This document shows, in pieces, positions 19,270-29,485 of a stretch of 64,000 nucleotides of DNA. The stretch comes from an uncultured Planctomycetota bacterium. Its GTDB lineage: Bacteria; Planctomycetota; Phycisphaerae; Tepidisphaerales; Tepidisphaeraceae. Position numbers and translations under genes: made by a program. The notes under the pieces were generated by a model. That model was not told the origin of the DNA and made no database searches. It saw only the letters and a program-made list of their open reading frames with translations. How positions within the stretch are numbered: the first letter of the stretch is position 1; each line of letters begins with the position of its first letter. Where the stretch lies: NCBI GenBank assembly GCA_963841915.1, contig CAWJEN010000006.1, forward strand, positions 864,001 through 928,000, read 5' to 3'.

Positions 19270-20870
19270 GGCATCACCTCCCGGGCAGGAAGCAGGTCAG
19301 CTGCACGCGAGCCTAACGCTGCTTCAACGTACTCGTTCGGCATTGCGACACTTGTTCCGGCCACCTTGGCGACTTCGAACAAAGGGCCGGCGAAGAGGCC
19401 GATGCATAGAGCAGCGACGACCAGGATTGTCGTCGCCCACAAGCCGGCGGCACGCCGCTGTGGACGGAAGTCGTCGGGTCGCGTCATCGACATCGAACCT
19501 TCGGGCGCGGGTGACCAGAACCCGTAGCTCCAGATCTTGGCCATGCTCAGCAGCGTCAGCGCGCCGGTGGCGACGGCGACGATGGCCAGAAAGATGCCCG
19601 CCGGGCCGCCGCGTGTGAAGCTCTGGGCAATCAGCAGGTACTTGCCGAAGAACCCACTGAGCGGTGGCAGACCAACGAGCGACAGCGCGGCAATCAGGAA
19701 CAGCGTGGCAAGCCACTTGTCTCGCGTGGCCAGCCCACCCATGCCGCTGAGATCGTCGGTGCCGGCATATTTCTCCATCGTCCCGCAGCACAAGAACAGC
19801 GCACACTTCACGACCATGTGCTGCATCATGTAGAGCAGGACGGCTGCAATGGCCAAGGCGGAAGCGACGGGGGACACGAAGGGCCCGACCGCCAGCGCGA
19901 TGCCGAGGATCATGTAGCCGACCTGGCTGATGACGTGGACGCTCAAGATGCGTCGCACCGTGCCGCTACCGACCGCACCGAGCACACCGAGGAACATCGT
20001 GCCCGCTGCAGCAATGACGAGCAACGGCCCGGCGGCCGACGAGACGGCCTCGGCCCCACCAAATGCTGTCACGAGCAGGCGGACAAGGGCGTAGACGCCG
20101 ACCTTGGTCAAGAGTCCCGCGTACAAGCCGCCGATGCTCGGCGGCAGGGTCGGGTAACTCTCTGGAAGCCAGAACCAGAGCGGAAAAGCTGCAGCCTTTG
20201 TGGCAAAGACGAAGGCGACTGCCACGACGGCCAAGGCAGCCCGGTCGTCGACCATGCCGGTGCGGGCCATCACCGCCATCTCGGCGAAGTTGAGCGTTCC
20301 CAGCGTGCCGTACACCCAACCGCAGCCGGCGACAAAGATCGCACTGACGACGAGGTTGAGGATGACGTACTTGCCGGCGTGACGCATCTGCCACGGCGTC
20401 GTGCCGCTGACGAGCAGGCCGTAGCTGGCCAGCAGCAGCACTTCGAAGCTCACAAACAAGTTGAACAGGTCACCGGCCACAAACGCCCAATTCACCCCCG
20501 CGACCATCATGGGCAACAGCGCGTTGACGTAGCCGCCGGCGAAGCGGGCAGGCGTCTGCGACAGCGAGTGCGCGTAGGCGACGCTCGTGACGAGGCCCGT
20601 CACCGCAAGCAGGCAAGCGGCGAACAGATCGGCAATGACGGTGATGCCGAACGGCGCGGGCCAATTGCCGATCTGGCTCGCCATGACACCACCGATGTTG
20701 TCGGGGCCGTTGTACAGCGAGCCGACCATCCAGATCGAGGCCAGCAGCGAAAGCACGAGTGATGTCAATGCAACTGCAGCCGTCGCCCGCCGATGACGGT
20801 GAATCAGCAAGTTGATCACGCCTGCCAGGAGTGGCAGCAGGATCGGGAGGATGACGAGCGTGGCGGGCAA
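19266..20870 (-). CDS. mrpD: Mrp antiporter subunit D
   Basis: GDLFNLFVSFE, FWLPESY, LTKVGVYA, GLPPLSGFFGK. Confidence 0.92.
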   Translation of the reverse strand: MPATLVILPILLPLLAGVINLLIHRHRRATAAVALTSLVLSLLASIWMVGSLYNGPDNIGGVMASQIGNWPAPFGITVIADLFAACLLAVTGLVTSVAYAHSLSQTPARFAGGYVNALLPMMVAGVNWAFVAGDLFNLFVSFEVLLLASYGLLVSGTTPWQMRHAGKYVILNLVVSAIFVAGCGWVYGTLGTLNFAEMAVMARTGMVDDRAALAVVAVAFVFATKAAAFPLWFWLPESYPTLPPSIGGLYAGLLTKVGVYALVRLLVTAFGGAEAVSSAAGPLLVIAAAGTMFLGVLGAVGSGTVRRILSVHVISQVGYMILGIALAVGPFVSPVASALAIAAVLLYMMQHMVVKCALFLCCGTMEKYAGTDDLSGMGGLATRDKWLATLFLIAALSLVGLPPLSGFFGKYLLIAQSFTRGGPAGIFLAIVAVATGALTLLSMAKIWSYGFWSPAPEGSMSMTRPDDFRPQRRAAGLWATTILVVAALCIGLFAGPLFEVAKVAGTSVAMPNEYVEAALGSRAADLLPAREVMP

Positions 20871-20882
20871 AGGTGCTTTGAA

Positions 20883-21245
20883 TTACGCGGCAGGACGGGG
20901 CGTGGGGGTGTCGGTGAGCTCAGCGGTTTCGAGCGTGCGGGTGCGACGCCACGTCACGACGAGCAGGGTCAGCAGAAAAGCCTGGACGGCAAGGCCGATG
21001 ACGATGGCCGTCAGGACCAGTGCCTGCGGCAGCGGGTCAACCTCGCTGCCGAGAATCAGGCCAGACTCGCCTAGCACGGGTGGCCGCTTGCCAATTGGAC
21101 CGCGGCTGACGGTGAGGATGGCGAGGTTGGCACCGTGTCCGAGCAGAAACACGCCCATGGCGACGGCTTTGAGCTCTTTGCTCAGCAGCAGATAGACGCT
21201 TGCGGCAAAGAGGACGCCGACGGTAATGGCAGAGAGCAGGGGCAT
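20883..21245 (-). CDS. mrpC: Mrp antiporter subunit C
   Basis: DPLPQALVLTAIVIG. Confidence 0.92.
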   Translation of the reverse strand: MPLLSAITVGVLFAASVYLLLSKELKAVAMGVFLLGHGANLAILTVSRGPIGKRPPVLGESGLILGSEVDPLPQALVLTAIVIGLAVQAFLLTLLVVTWRRTRTLETAELTDTPTPRPAA

Positions 21246-24200
21246 TATTCGAGCTCCCGTGCAAGAGCGTCAACCATACCGACGAGGCTGCCGACGACGA
21301 CGAGGAAGACGCCGAGATCAAAGACCGCGACGGTCGCCCAGTGATAGGAGCCGCCATTAATGAGCGGCAGGTAGCCGTTGTTGCTGCTCAGCAAAGGCAA
21401 CCCCAACAACAACGGCACGACGGCTGTCAGGATGGCAAGCAAGAGGCCCGTACCAATGAGCGTCCGCTCGCGAACAGGCAGGAGCTTGTACAAAGCCTGG
21501 CATCCGAAACACATGCGGAAGACGATGAGCGCCACCGCCGCCGCCAGGCCACCGACAAATCCGCCGCCGGGCGTCTGGTGACCTTTGAAGAAGAGGTAAG
21601 CCGAGAACATCAGGGCGAGCGGCAGCAGAATGCGGCTGGCGACCTTCAGGATCGGGCTGGAGATGTACTCGGTGCCGACCGGGTGGTCGCCGCGAATGTC
21701 CTGCAGGCCGGGCGTGACGAAGGGCGCGCGGAAGGTGTCCTCGTGCGGGTCGCTGCGGTTGTCTTTGCCCCCGGCGTCACCGTCGTGCGGCGGCTTGCGG
21801 AGAAGCGTCCAAACGCCCAAGGCTGCGAGGCCGAGCACGCCGATCTCGCCGAACGTGTCAAAGCCGCGGAAGTCGACCAGAATCACGTTGACAACGTTGC
21901 CACCACCGCCGCCCTTGTGGATGGCGAGCGTCTCCTCGTCGCGTTCATCTCCGGGTGACTTTTTGTGTGCGTAGCCGGAGCCGAAACTCTTGAGGTGTGA
22001 ATCTCCCCGGTCAACGACGCCACTACCGACGCGATCTGCCTCGACTGCTTTAAGGTCCTGGGCCTTGTAGCTGTTCCGCAGGAAGAAGTCACCGAGCGGA
22101 AGGCTGCCCGTCTCATCCGAGAGGGCAACCACACGATCCGGCCGATTACCCGTCGAAGCGACCAGCGTCACACCACCGACCACGGTGCCGACGACGACTG
22201 CCAGGACGAGCCGAGGAGCAACAAAGGAGCGGTCACCCGGGCTCTCCGTCGGCAGCAGGTTCAGCACCAACAGGAACAAGATCAGGCTGACGATCTCGAC
22301 GCTGAGCTGCGTTAATGCCAGGTCCGGAGCCGCGTACACGTAGAAGGTCGCGCTGACAGCAAACCCCACGGTGCCGAGCACCAGCACGCGGGTCACGCGG
22401 TCGCGGATAAGCACCATCGTGACAGCTGCGACGCAGATCAACGTCGGCAACAGCCAGGCGAGCGGCTGGCTCCAAGGCGATGGCAGGCCGTCGCCGTTGT
22501 CTCGCGCGTGCTGCCAGGCCTCGACCGGCAGCGCCAGCCAGCGACCACCTGCGGTCCAGAGGAACAAACCCGCGAGCACGAGCAGCGTCGCGAAGGTGTA
22601 CCACCGCAAGCGGCCCGTCTGCATCAGGCCAAAAGTCGCTTTGCCGCCACCGACAATCGTCCCGTAGGCGGCGGGAAAGACGCGATCGTGCACGTCGCCG
22701 CGGAAGCCGTGCCAGAAGTCGGACCAACCCAGCAGCACGCCGATGATGATGCCGACGACGCTTGCAAGCAGCGGCACGCCCGGGTGCGTGACGACGTACC
22801 ACAACGAAAACAGCTTCTCCGGATAGGCCGTCGGGTAGAACGGCGTGGCCTCGAGCGGCATCAGCCAACCGGCGATGAAGACGCCGAACAGCCCGCCGAT
22901 GTACTGCAACGCGACGAGCAGAGCGGCCGGCATCCAGAGCATGTGGTGCCAGATCGCCGCGTCGTGATGCGCGTCATCATGGTGCTCGTCTGGTGCGTGT
23001 TCCTGTTCGCTCCTGGCAAAGAACGTGCGAGCGAACCGCACCAGGATCGCCACGTTGCAGACGCTGACGAAGACGGTCGCGACCAGCAGGGCGATCAGCC
23101 AAATCGAGTGCGTCTCCTTGAAGCCGTGCCAGATCTGGTAGAGGAACGCCTCCTTGGCGAAGAAACTGAAGGTCCCCGGCACTGCCGCCAAGGCGACCAT
23201 TGCCGCCAAGAAGAGGCCGCTGTACAGCTTCCGCTCGCCGCCAGCATGCCAGGCGCCCGTCATGCCGCTCAGCGCTTTGATGCCAAGTGCATGTGCACAC
23301 GCACCGGCCAGAATGAACAGCGGTGCCTTGTACAGCGCGTGGTTGAGGATCTGCGCGTTGCCCCAGACGAGGTTGGCTTCGCCTTCGTAGTCGAAGTGGC
23401 TCAGGCCGAACGCACAGGCGAGCAGGCCGAGCTGGCTGATAGTTGTGTAGGCCAGAATCTGTTTCAGCACGTCACGCTGCAGAGCGATCCAGGCCCCGAG
23501 GACCATCGTGATGCTGCCAAAACCGACGATGACCCAAGGCCACGCCTCCAGCCCCGACAGGTTCGGCCACAACCTTGCGAGCAGGTAGATGCCCGCCTTG
23601 ACCATGGCCGCGCTGTGCAGGTAAGCGCTGATCGGTGTGGGCGCCAGCATCGCACCCGGCAGCCAGTAGTGCAGCGGCCACTGCGCGCTCTTGGCTGCGA
23701 TGCCGCCGTAAACAAGCACAAACGCAGCCACCACTGTCGAGGACGATGCCACCGGTCCGAGCTGCGAGAACGCCCACGCATCCGTCGACACCGCCAGCCA
23801 GACCAGCCCGCCCAGCAACGCCAAGCCGCCGAAGCCGGTCGTAGCGAAGGCCTGCAGGGCGTTCTTGACGCTCTTCTTGTCGTTGGGATCCCAGCCGATG
23901 AGCAGGAAGCTCGTGACGCTCGTCATCTCCCAGAACAGGAGCATCAACAGCAAGTCGTCGCTAAGCACGAGGCCCAGCATCGCCGTCATGAACGAGGTGA
24001 TAAGCGGGAAGAACTTGCCGACATCGCCCGGCGAATCGCCCAGGTACGCCCGGCCGTAGAGGCAGATCAGGCAACCGATGCCCGCGACCAGCAGGGCGAA
24101 GAACGCCCCGAGCGCGTCCGCCCGCAAAGCCAAGTCCAGGTTCAGCCCCGGCATCCACGGCAGACTCACACGGCCGTGGTCAACGCCGTAGCTGCCGAGG

Positions 24201-24397
24201 TAGACGAAGAGCAGAATCAGCGAGACGACCGGCCCGCCGAGCGAGACGAGCGTTTTCAGCGTCGTCGCCGCCCGCGGCAGAACGAGCGTCAGGAGTCCCA
24301 GGATGGCTGGCGCAAAGACGGCCAGCAGGAGCAGCCAGGTTTCTGATTGCGCCGCCGTTCGATCGAAGATGAGTGGATCGCCGACGGCGGCAAGCAT
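21245..24397 (-). CDS. mrpA: Mrp antiporter subunit A fused to B
   Basis: KSAQWPLHYWLPGAM, APDLALTQ, NVVNVILVDFRGFDT, GHQTPGGGF. Confidence 0.92.
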   Translation of the reverse strand: MLAAVGDPLIFDRTAAQSETWLLLLAVFAPAILGLLTLVLPRAATTLKTLVSLGGPVVSLILLFVYLGSYGVDHGRVSLPWMPGLNLDLALRADALGAFFALLVAGIGCLICLYGRAYLGDSPGDVGKFFPLITSFMTAMLGLVLSDDLLLMLLFWEMTSVTSFLLIGWDPNDKKSVKNALQAFATTGFGGLALLGGLVWLAVSTDAWAFSQLGPVASSSTVVAAFVLVYGGIAAKSAQWPLHYWLPGAMLAPTPISAYLHSAAMVKAGIYLLARLWPNLSGLEAWPWVIVGFGSITMVLGAWIALQRDVLKQILAYTTISQLGLLACAFGLSHFDYEGEANLVWGNAQILNHALYKAPLFILAGACAHALGIKALSGMTGAWHAGGERKLYSGLFLAAMVALAAVPGTFSFFAKEAFLYQIWHGFKETHSIWLIALLVATVFVSVCNVAILVRFARTFFARSEQEHAPDEHHDDAHHDAAIWHHMLWMPAALLVALQYIGGLFGVFIAGWLMPLEATPFYPTAYPEKLFSLWYVVTHPGVPLLASVVGIIIGVLLGWSDFWHGFRGDVHDRVFPAAYGTIVGGGKATFGLMQTGRLRWYTFATLLVLAGLFLWTAGGRWLALPVEAWQHARDNGDGLPSPWSQPLAWLLPTLICVAAVTMVLIRDRVTRVLVLGTVGFAVSATFYVYAAPDLALTQLSVEIVSLILFLLVLNLLPTESPGDRSFVAPRLVLAVVVGTVVGGVTLVASTGNRPDRVVALSDETGSLPLGDFFLRNSYKAQDLKAVEADRVGSGVVDRGDSHLKSFGSGYAHKKSPGDERDEETLAIHKGGGGGNVVNVILVDFRGFDTFGEIGVLGLAALGVWTLLRKPPHDGDAGGKDNRSDPHEDTFRAPFVTPGLQDIRGDHPVGTEYISSPILKVASRILLPLALMFSAYLFFKGHQTPGGGFVGGLAAAVALIVFRMCFGCQALYKLLPVRERTLIGTGLLLAILTAVVPLLLGLPLLSSNNGYLPLINGGSYHWATVAVFDLGVFLVVVGSLVGMVDALARELE

Positions 24398-24471
24398 GGA
24401 CGCGGCGAGGTTAGGGCCAAGCGTCCGATGCGTCGACGTGTGTCACCCGATCGTGACAGCGGCGTCATGCC

Positions 24472-25713
24472 TCACCGCGTCGAAAGCATCGTTTCGAACA
24501 TCGTCTTGCCCGCGTGGCGGTAGAAGCGCGTGCGGTAGACGTAGCCGTCACCGGGCCTGGTAACGAGGGCGGGCAAGTCGCCGCCGACGTCGAGCTCGAA
24601 GCGCAAACGCGAGTTGTCGAGCGGGCGGCCCCGGGCGTCGTTGAACAACGGCGTCGGGTCGGCAGGACTGGCCCGCTGGATGCCCTCGTGCTCGCGGTGC
24701 AGGCGAAAGCCGTTGGCAAGGACGTATTGCCGAAACTCTGCCGCACTACTGAACCGCATGCCACGATCACTGAGAATCGCCAGCATGCCCGCCAGCACGT
24801 CGTGGCGGTCTACCTCCTTGGCCGCCTGCGTCGGCTCCAGGGCCAGCACGTACGTTTCAAACCGCTTTCGAAAACCGTCCAGATTCTGCCCGAAGTGACG
24901 CCGCCAAGCAGGGTCGCCTGGCGTGCCGGCAGCGACGTCGGTCAGAAATGCGTTTAGCCGGTCGCGGTACAGCGGCGTCCCGTTTGCATCGGCGGCGTAG
25001 GCCAGAAAATGGACCATCGCCCACGCCTGGGCGTACAGCTCGGCCCCGTCGCGACGATCCTCCATCACCCGCGACCATGCCCGCTGCTTCATCCCCAGCA
25101 TCGCGTCGAAGTCGATCAGCCGTCCCTCGCGGGCGGCCCGCTGCACGATCAACAGCGGCACCGGTGGCACCTCGCCCATGACCAGGCCCGCATCGGTCGG
25201 CACGGCGTGTTCGAACAGCTGTGCCAATCCTTCATTCGCCCACAGTGGCAGGCCGGGGCCGAGCGTCTCGTAGGCAAATTGGTGAAACGCCTCATGCCGA
25301 AGGGTGCGGCGCAATTCTCCCCGGCCGCGGTCGCCGAGGAATCCGCTGAGCAGGCGGCGTCGGCTGTCGAACATGCCGGCGCTGTTGGCGATAGCGTTCT
25401 CGCCGCCGTCATTTTTGTAGTCCGACTCGCTGAGGAACAAGCGGACGTCGTAACGGCCTTGCTTCGTCTGCCGCTCGGGGGCCAGGGCTCCGAGGCGGCG
25501 GTCGTACTCGGCCCAGCAGCGCTCCAGCTCGCCTGCCAGGTCATTTGTCGTGGCGTCGTCGAGGTCGCTGTAGATCCGGTAGTGCTCGGTCAGCAACGGC
25601 GGCGTTGCCGTCGGTGTGGCATTGGAGCGTGCGCCGGCTGCGACGAGCAGCAGGGCGGCCGTGACGAGCAGGCCGCGTGCGAGGTGAGGAAGTTGACGGA
25701 TCTTCGTCAGCAT
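24472..25713 (-). CDS. DUF1570 domain (zincin-like) secreted protein
   Basis: HEAFHQ, PLWANEGLA, YAQAWAMVHFL. Confidence 0.75.
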   Translation of the reverse strand: MLTKIRQLPHLARGLLVTAALLLVAAGARSNATPTATPPLLTEHYRIYSDLDDATTNDLAGELERCWAEYDRRLGALAPERQTKQGRYDVRLFLSESDYKNDGGENAIANSAGMFDSRRRLLSGFLGDRGRGELRRTLRHEAFHQFAYETLGPGLPLWANEGLAQLFEHAVPTDAGLVMGEVPPVPLLIVQRAAREGRLIDFDAMLGMKQRAWSRVMEDRRDGAELYAQAWAMVHFLAYAADANGTPLYRDRLNAFLTDVAAGTPGDPAWRRHFGQNLDGFRKRFETYVLALEPTQAAKEVDRHDVLAGMLAILSDRGMRFSSAAEFRQYVLANGFRLHREHEGIQRASPADPTPLFNDARGRPLDNSRLRFELDVGGDLPALVTRPGDGYVYRTRFYRHAGKTMFETMLSTR

Positions 25714-25800
25714 CGGGAGGTGGGTCGGCCGCTATAGTCGCCGCCGCCAGGCTGTAGCCCTTTGTGGTTATCGGCCGTTTGCTCGCATCGCATCACCGCC

Positions 25801-27639
25801 ATGTCCGACCCCGCCGCCGATCAAACCCCGTCCGCCAGCGAGTACGAGCAGGAACGACGCAAGAAACGCGACACGCTTGTCGAAGCGGGTCAGGACGTTT
25901 ACGGCCGCAGGACCGAGGGCATCAAGCCCATAGACCAGCTCCCGACCCCGACCGAGGCCGAGGGCGGGCCGGTCGTCAAGGTCGCCGGCCGCATTGTGCT
26001 CAAGCGCGACATGGGCAAGCTCTCCTTTCTTACGATTCGAGACGACACAGGCGACGTGCAAATCGGTTTGCAGAAGAACCGTCTCAGCGAAGGTGGGGGG
26101 GAAGGCTGGCTCGTCCGCAACAACCTCGACCTCGGCGACCTCATCGTCTGCGAGGGCGGCATCGGCCTGACCAAGACGGGCCAGCCGACCATCTGGGCCG
26201 ACTCGGTGAGCATGGCCAGCAAGTCGCTCGTCGTCCCGCCGGACAAGCACAAGGGAATGACCGACCCGGAACTGCGGTATCGCCAGCGTTACGTCGACTT
26301 GTGGGCCAACCCCGAGTCGATGGACGTGATGAAGAAGAGGTTCGCGATCATCGACGCGATGCGGAAGTACCTGCGGGATCGCGGGTTCGTGGAGGTCGAG
26401 ACGCCGATGCTCCAGCCGATCCACGGCGGCGCCGCGGCCAGGCCTTTCGAGACGCACCACAACGCGTACGACATCCCGCTGTACCTGCGGATCGCCCCGG
26501 AGCTGTACCTGAAGCGACTGCTCGTGGGCGGCATGCCGAAGGTGTTCGAGATCAACCGCAACTTCCGCAACGAGGGCGTGAGCCCGCGGCACAACCCGGA
26601 GTTCACCATGCTCGAGGCCTACGAGGCCTACGGCAACTGGGAGACGATGGCGGAACTGGTGGAGGACATGATCTGCACGGTGGCGATGGACGTGCTGGGG
26701 ACCACGAAGATCACCCTCGGCGCAAAGTCCGACGCGAGATCCGACGCGAAGTCCGACGCGAAGTCCGACGCGAGCCCCGACCGTGAGGGAGGGGTGTCTG
26801 GAGACGGCGCAGCGACCTCCGACGACGCAGAACCCCTCCCTCACGGTCGGGGCTCGCAATCAGAATCCGACCCCCGCGTCATCGACCTCGGCAAACGACC
26901 GTGGCGACGGGTTGCTCTCGCATCTTTAGTAGAAGAGAAGGAGCAATGGAAGTTCCGCAAAATAGATGTGCGCGTCGACGCCCCGCGTGTTGCGGCCGAG
27001 CTCATTTACCGAAGGATTCAAGGCACGCTCAGCAACCTCGAGAACGTCCAGCTTGTTTCACGCGAGGACGGAACAGACATGACGGAGTGGGTGGCTAACG
27101 AGGCGCGTCGAATCGCGATCGAGTTCTGTAAGAACGAAGAGAAGCCCGAGAACGACAAAGAACCGTTCATCCGCGGCTGGGTCCAGGAGGAATTCGAAGA
27201 GCTTGGGAAGATCTCGCCGGCCGAGCAGCTTGTAGAGGCTTTCGAGAGGCTGATTGAGTCCACGCTGACCGAGCCCACCTACGTCACCCGCGTCCCCTCC
27301 GTCATCATCCCCCTCGCCCGCCCGTGTGAGGATGACGACTACTTCGCCGACGTCTACGAGCTCGCCATCGGCGGGCAGGAGATTTCGCCGGGGTACACGG
27401 AGCTCAACGACCCCGACGTGCAGGCCCGCCTGTTCCGCGAGCAGGCCGTCGAGGACGAGGGCGAACGGCAGAAGGTCGACCACGACTTCCTCCACGCCCT
27501 CAAGGTCGGCATGCCCCCGGCCGGCGGCATGGGTCTCGGCGTCGACCGGCTCGTCATGCTCCTCCTCGGCCAGCCGAGCATCCGAGATGTGCTGGCGTTC
27601 CCGTTGATGAAGCCGAATCAAGAGACGAGCAAGGGGTAA
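25801..27639 (+). CDS. lysS: Lysine--tRNA ligase class II, with two internal insertions
   Basis: RYRQRYVDL, YLRIAPELYLKRL, FRNEG..HNPEFTMLE, GMGLGVDRL. Confidence 0.95.
   Translation: MSDPAADQTPSASEYEQERRKKRDTLVEAGQDVYGRRTEGIKPIDQLPTPTEAEGGPVVKVAGRIVLKRDMGKLSFLTIRDDTGDVQIGLQKNRLSEGGGEGWLVRNNLDLGDLIVCEGGIGLTKTGQPTIWADSVSMASKSLVVPPDKHKGMTDPELRYRQRYVDLWANPESMDVMKKRFAIIDAMRKYLRDRGFVEVETPMLQPIHGGAAARPFETHHNAYDIPLYLRIAPELYLKRLLVGGMPKVFEINRNFRNEGVSPRHNPEFTMLEAYEAYGNWETMAELVEDMICTVAMDVLGTTKITLGAKSDARSDAKSDAKSDASPDREGGVSGDGAATSDDAEPLPHGRGSQSESDPRVIDLGKRPWRRVALASLVEEKEQWKFRKIDVRVDAPRVAAELIYRRIQGTLSNLENVQLVSREDGTDMTEWVANEARRIAIEFCKNEEKPENDKEPFIRGWVQEEFEELGKISPAEQLVEAFERLIESTLTEPTYVTRVPSVIIPLARPCEDDDYFADVYELAIGGQEISPGYTELNDPDVQARLFREQAVEDEGERQKVDHDFLHALKVGMPPAGGMGLGVDRLVMLLLGQPSIRDVLAFPLMKPNQETSKG
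26722..26769 (+). repeat. 12-bp tandem repeat x4 (GCGAAGTCCGAC; AKSD) in lysS
   Basis: gcaaagtccgac gcgagatccgac gcgaagtccgac gcgaagtccgac. Confidence 0.9.
26770..26857. repeat. REP-like perfect 26-bp inverted repeat inside lysS
   Basis: GCGAGCCCCGACCGTGAGGGAGGGGT (26770-26795) and its exact reverse complement (26832-26857). Confidence 0.9.
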
Positions 27640-27691
27640 CGAGAGGTGGGTCGGCGTCTGGTTCTCGTTCCTCGTCTCTCGTTCCTCGTCT
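27623..27691. repeat. Inverted heptamer-repeat cassette
   Basis: agacgag/caagggg/taacgag ... ctcgttc/ctcgtct/ctcgttc/ctcgtct. Confidence 0.7.
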
Positions 27692-27701
27692 CCTTTCGCA
27701 C

Positions 27702-29315
27702 ATGTACGTCCCGCTCCTCATCCTCCGCTACCTGGCCCGCCGGCGGATCGCTTGGGTGAGCCTCATTGCCGTAATGCTGTGCACGGCGCTCGTACTTGTG
27801 GTCATCAGCGTGATGTCCGGCTGGCTCGACATGTTTCGCGGCACGTTCCGTGGGCTCAGCGGCGACGTCGTAATCCGCTCGCAGGGACTCGTCGGCTTTC
27901 CGTACTACGAGGAGATGGCAGAGCGGCTGGAGTCGATGCCGAACGTCGAGGCAGCCGTGCCGACGATCGAGGCGCTTGGATTGGCGAATATTCAGAACGG
28001 CTTTATCCAGGAGGCGGTCCAGATCACCGGCTTGCCGATTGGCCGCATCGGAGAGGTCAACGGCTTCGTCGACTCGCTTTACCTCAACAACCCGCAGAAC
28101 ACGACTGACAGTCTTTCGGCAGCACTCCGCAACGTAGTCGAAGCCGACGCTGCAGACAATGTCGCCTCTGGCACGTACGACCAAGCTCTTGCCGACGATG
28201 TCGTCGCGGCCCGCATGGCGACGCTCGGCGGATGGGCCGAGCGGCGGGGCACAAAAGCGAGCTTTGATCTGCCTTGGGATGCCGACACGTATCGTGACGG
28301 CCTTGCAAGCCAGGGCACACGGGCACGGCGTGGGCCGGACGCCTCGACCTACCCCGGCCTCATCGTCGGTACCGGTGTCATCGGTATGCGGCAGACTGCA
28401 CCCCGCTGGACCGGCCTGTGGCCAGACAGCCCGGTGCCTGTCAAAATGCTCCTGCTCTCGGCCGACCCACGGGGCGGCGGCTTTGATCTGGACCAGGATA
28501 AGGCAGAGTTCACCGGCTGGATCGTCGACAATTCCCGCACCGGCGTGTTCGGGACCGACTCCAACGCCATCTACGCCGACTTCGACTATCTGCAACAGCA
28601 GCTTCGCATGACCGCCAGCGAGGCCTACCCCGACGGCTTCGACGCCGACGGCAACCCGGTCGGTGAGCCCGTCGCCGTTCCCGCCCGCACGAGCAAGCTG
28701 CACCTTAAACTCGCCCCCGGCGTCGACCCGGACACGATGGTCGCAGCCGTCGACGATGTGGTCTACGACGTACTGAACAAGCGTGGAGCGCCATCTGAGG
28801 TCGCCCGAATTCGCGTCGAAACATGGGACAATCAGCCGACCGTGGGCCAGTTTCTCGCAGCAGTCGAGAAGGAGCGGGCGCTGATCGTCATTCTCTTCAG
28901 CTTCGTCAGCGTCGTGGCCGTCTTCCTGATCCTGTGCATCTTCTACATGATCGTGAAGGAGAAGACGCGAGACATCGGCATTCTCAAAAGCGTGGGCGCG
29001 ACGAGCGCTGGAATTGCCAGCATCTTCCTCGGCTACGGGGCTGCCATCGGCGTTCTCGGCGGGGCATTGGGCATCCTGGCGGGCTCGATCTTCGTCTGGA
29101 ACATCAACGGCGTCCACGACGCCATCGGACTCGTCACCGGCTTCGAAATGTGGTCGGCTGAGACGTATATGTTCGACAAGATCCCCAACACCGTTCGACC
29201 GCTCGAAGCGTCGCTGATCTTCGTCGCTGCAGTGATCAGCAGCATCATCGGCGCGGTCGTGCCGGCGATCCTCGCGGCAGTGCAACGGCCGGTCACTTCA
29301 CTCAGGTTCGAATAG
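27702..29315 (+). CDS. LolC/E-like ABC transporter permease (FtsX family)
   Basis: VISVMSG, MIVKEKTRDIGILKSVGA, PVTSLRFE. Confidence 0.88.
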   Translation: MYVPLLILRYLARRRIAWVSLIAVMLCTALVLVVISVMSGWLDMFRGTFRGLSGDVVIRSQGLVGFPYYEEMAERLESMPNVEAAVPTIEALGLANIQNGFIQEAVQITGLPIGRIGEVNGFVDSLYLNNPQNTTDSLSAALRNVVEADAADNVASGTYDQALADDVVAARMATLGGWAERRGTKASFDLPWDADTYRDGLASQGTRARRGPDASTYPGLIVGTGVIGMRQTAPRWTGLWPDSPVPVKMLLLSADPRGGGFDLDQDKAEFTGWIVDNSRTGVFGTDSNAIYADFDYLQQQLRMTASEAYPDGFDADGNPVGEPVAVPARTSKLHLKLAPGVDPDTMVAAVDDVVYDVLNKRGAPSEVARIRVETWDNQPTVGQFLAAVEKERALIVILFSFVSVVAVFLILCIFYMIVKEKTRDIGILKSVGATSAGIASIFLGYGAAIGVLGGALGILAGSIFVWNINGVHDAIGLVTGFEMWSAETYMFDKIPNTVRPLEASLIFVAAVISSIIGAVVPAILAAVQRPVTSLRFE

Positions 29316-29323
29316 TTTTACCC

Positions 29324-29470
29324 GAGGAACGCGAAGGGGCGAAGAGGCGAAGGACCGCGAAGGTCAGAGAGGAGATGGGGTGGCACTTCTCGATGGACGA
29401 AGCTCTTTGATCCAATGCCTCACTTCTCTGCCTTCGCGGTCCTTCGCCTTTTCGTCCCTTCGCGTTCCTC
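29324..29470. repeat. Inverted CGAAG-repeat cassette (about 46-bp arms)
   Basis: Arms 29324-29370 and 29425-29470 are near-perfect reverse complements built of four CGAAG units. Confidence 0.85.
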
Positions 29471-29485
29471 CGACTCCGCCGCCCG

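Noticed and set aside
26905..27260. Intein in lysS
   Set aside because: No N-terminal Cys/Ser or C-terminal His-Asn splice motifs, and too short
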